DNA of 64,000 nt from Mobula hypostoma (taxonomy: Eukaryota). Within the stretch, counting starts at the first letter, position 1. Each line of letters opens with the position of its first letter. Below, one piece after another: positions 63,401 to 64,000 of the stretch. Under the pieces are notes generated by a model. The model ran no database searches, was not told the origin of the DNA, and saw only the letters and a program-made list of their open reading frames with translations. Position numbers and translations under genes: made by a program. The stretch covers positions 55,988,001 through 56,052,000 of the forward strand of contig NC_086108.1 of assembly GCF_963921235.1 (NCBI RefSeq). Direction: 5' to 3'.

Positions 63401-64000
63401 CCTTATCAATATTAATAAATTCTTTCATTTCCTGATGGGCCTGTCTGACCTGGATAGTGTACAACCTTAAATTTTCTTTCCCAGATTAAAAAACTACTTT
63501 TGCCAGAGCTCCCTCTACCCCCTCATTAGTTCATAGCCCTGGTCTGATTGCCTTAGAGGATCTACTAGGATCAGTGCACTGCAAAGGGATAGATCTACTT
63601 TCCCTAGGAATGGTGCCAGTGTCCCATGAATAGAAATTCCTCCTCTTTTTTCAGATTTTTTTTTTACATGTCTCCTCCTTTCTCTTCTAGGCAGTCTGTG
63701 TTTGGCATAGAATGTAACCCAAGAATTGTTACCTTTGATGTTGTGTTTTTTAAAAATCTTTTTCTCTGGCTCCTCAAACTCTTTCATCAAGACCATTTTT
63801 AATTCATCTTATTTTGCTGTTTTCTACAGAAATACAGCAACTGGATCTGTCCCTACTTGCTCAAATTCTTCATCTGCTAGGAGTTACCATTTTAACTCTG
63901 TCACTAGCCGGGTAACACAATCTTCAGGACTCCTGAACATGGTTGCTTAGTGTTACTGTCCTCTGTGACATTCCTTTTCACAATCGTTTTCCCATAACCT

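Noticed and set aside
63800..63917. Acceptor-like TTTTCTACAG followed by an open stretch, considered as SGIP1 exon 2
   Set aside because: The translation does not match the expected (G)LKKRTRKAFG and the donor is weak.

Overview
Eukaryotic, repeat-dense vertebrate DNA. The repeat mix (CR1, Rex1/Babar, V-SINE, Penelope-like, RTE, hAT-Charlie, Tc1, pogo/Tigger, Chapaev) suggests a cartilaginous fish, probably a ray; this is an inference. The only host-gene signal is the 5' end of a + strand gene at about 21.9-22.9 kb. It has a CRE-containing promoter-like region and a first coding exon with just 10 coding nt (GCCACC-ATG ATG GAA G|gtaagc), which I recognise from memory as SGIP1. Everything downstream looks like a long first intron, and exon 2 was not seen. 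Almost all long ORFs are transposon remnants or their antisense shadows. The most interesting signal is a Penelope-like (GIY-YIG/RT) retroelement family whose 3' end carries a minimal hammerhead ribozyme, with about 15 full or partial motif copies. It repeatedly inserts as two-armed, tail-out inverted structures inside 8-15 bp target-site duplications, ranging from ~145-225 bp hairpin mini-elements to a 2-kb copy with a 698-bp near-perfect inverted repeat. The second arm usually stops at one fixed point, which suggests priming from both target nicks. Also present are several nested TE insertions, an RTE with an internal inversion, and a 23-bp minisatellite born from a CR1 RT motif. All assignments were made by eye; no database search was run.
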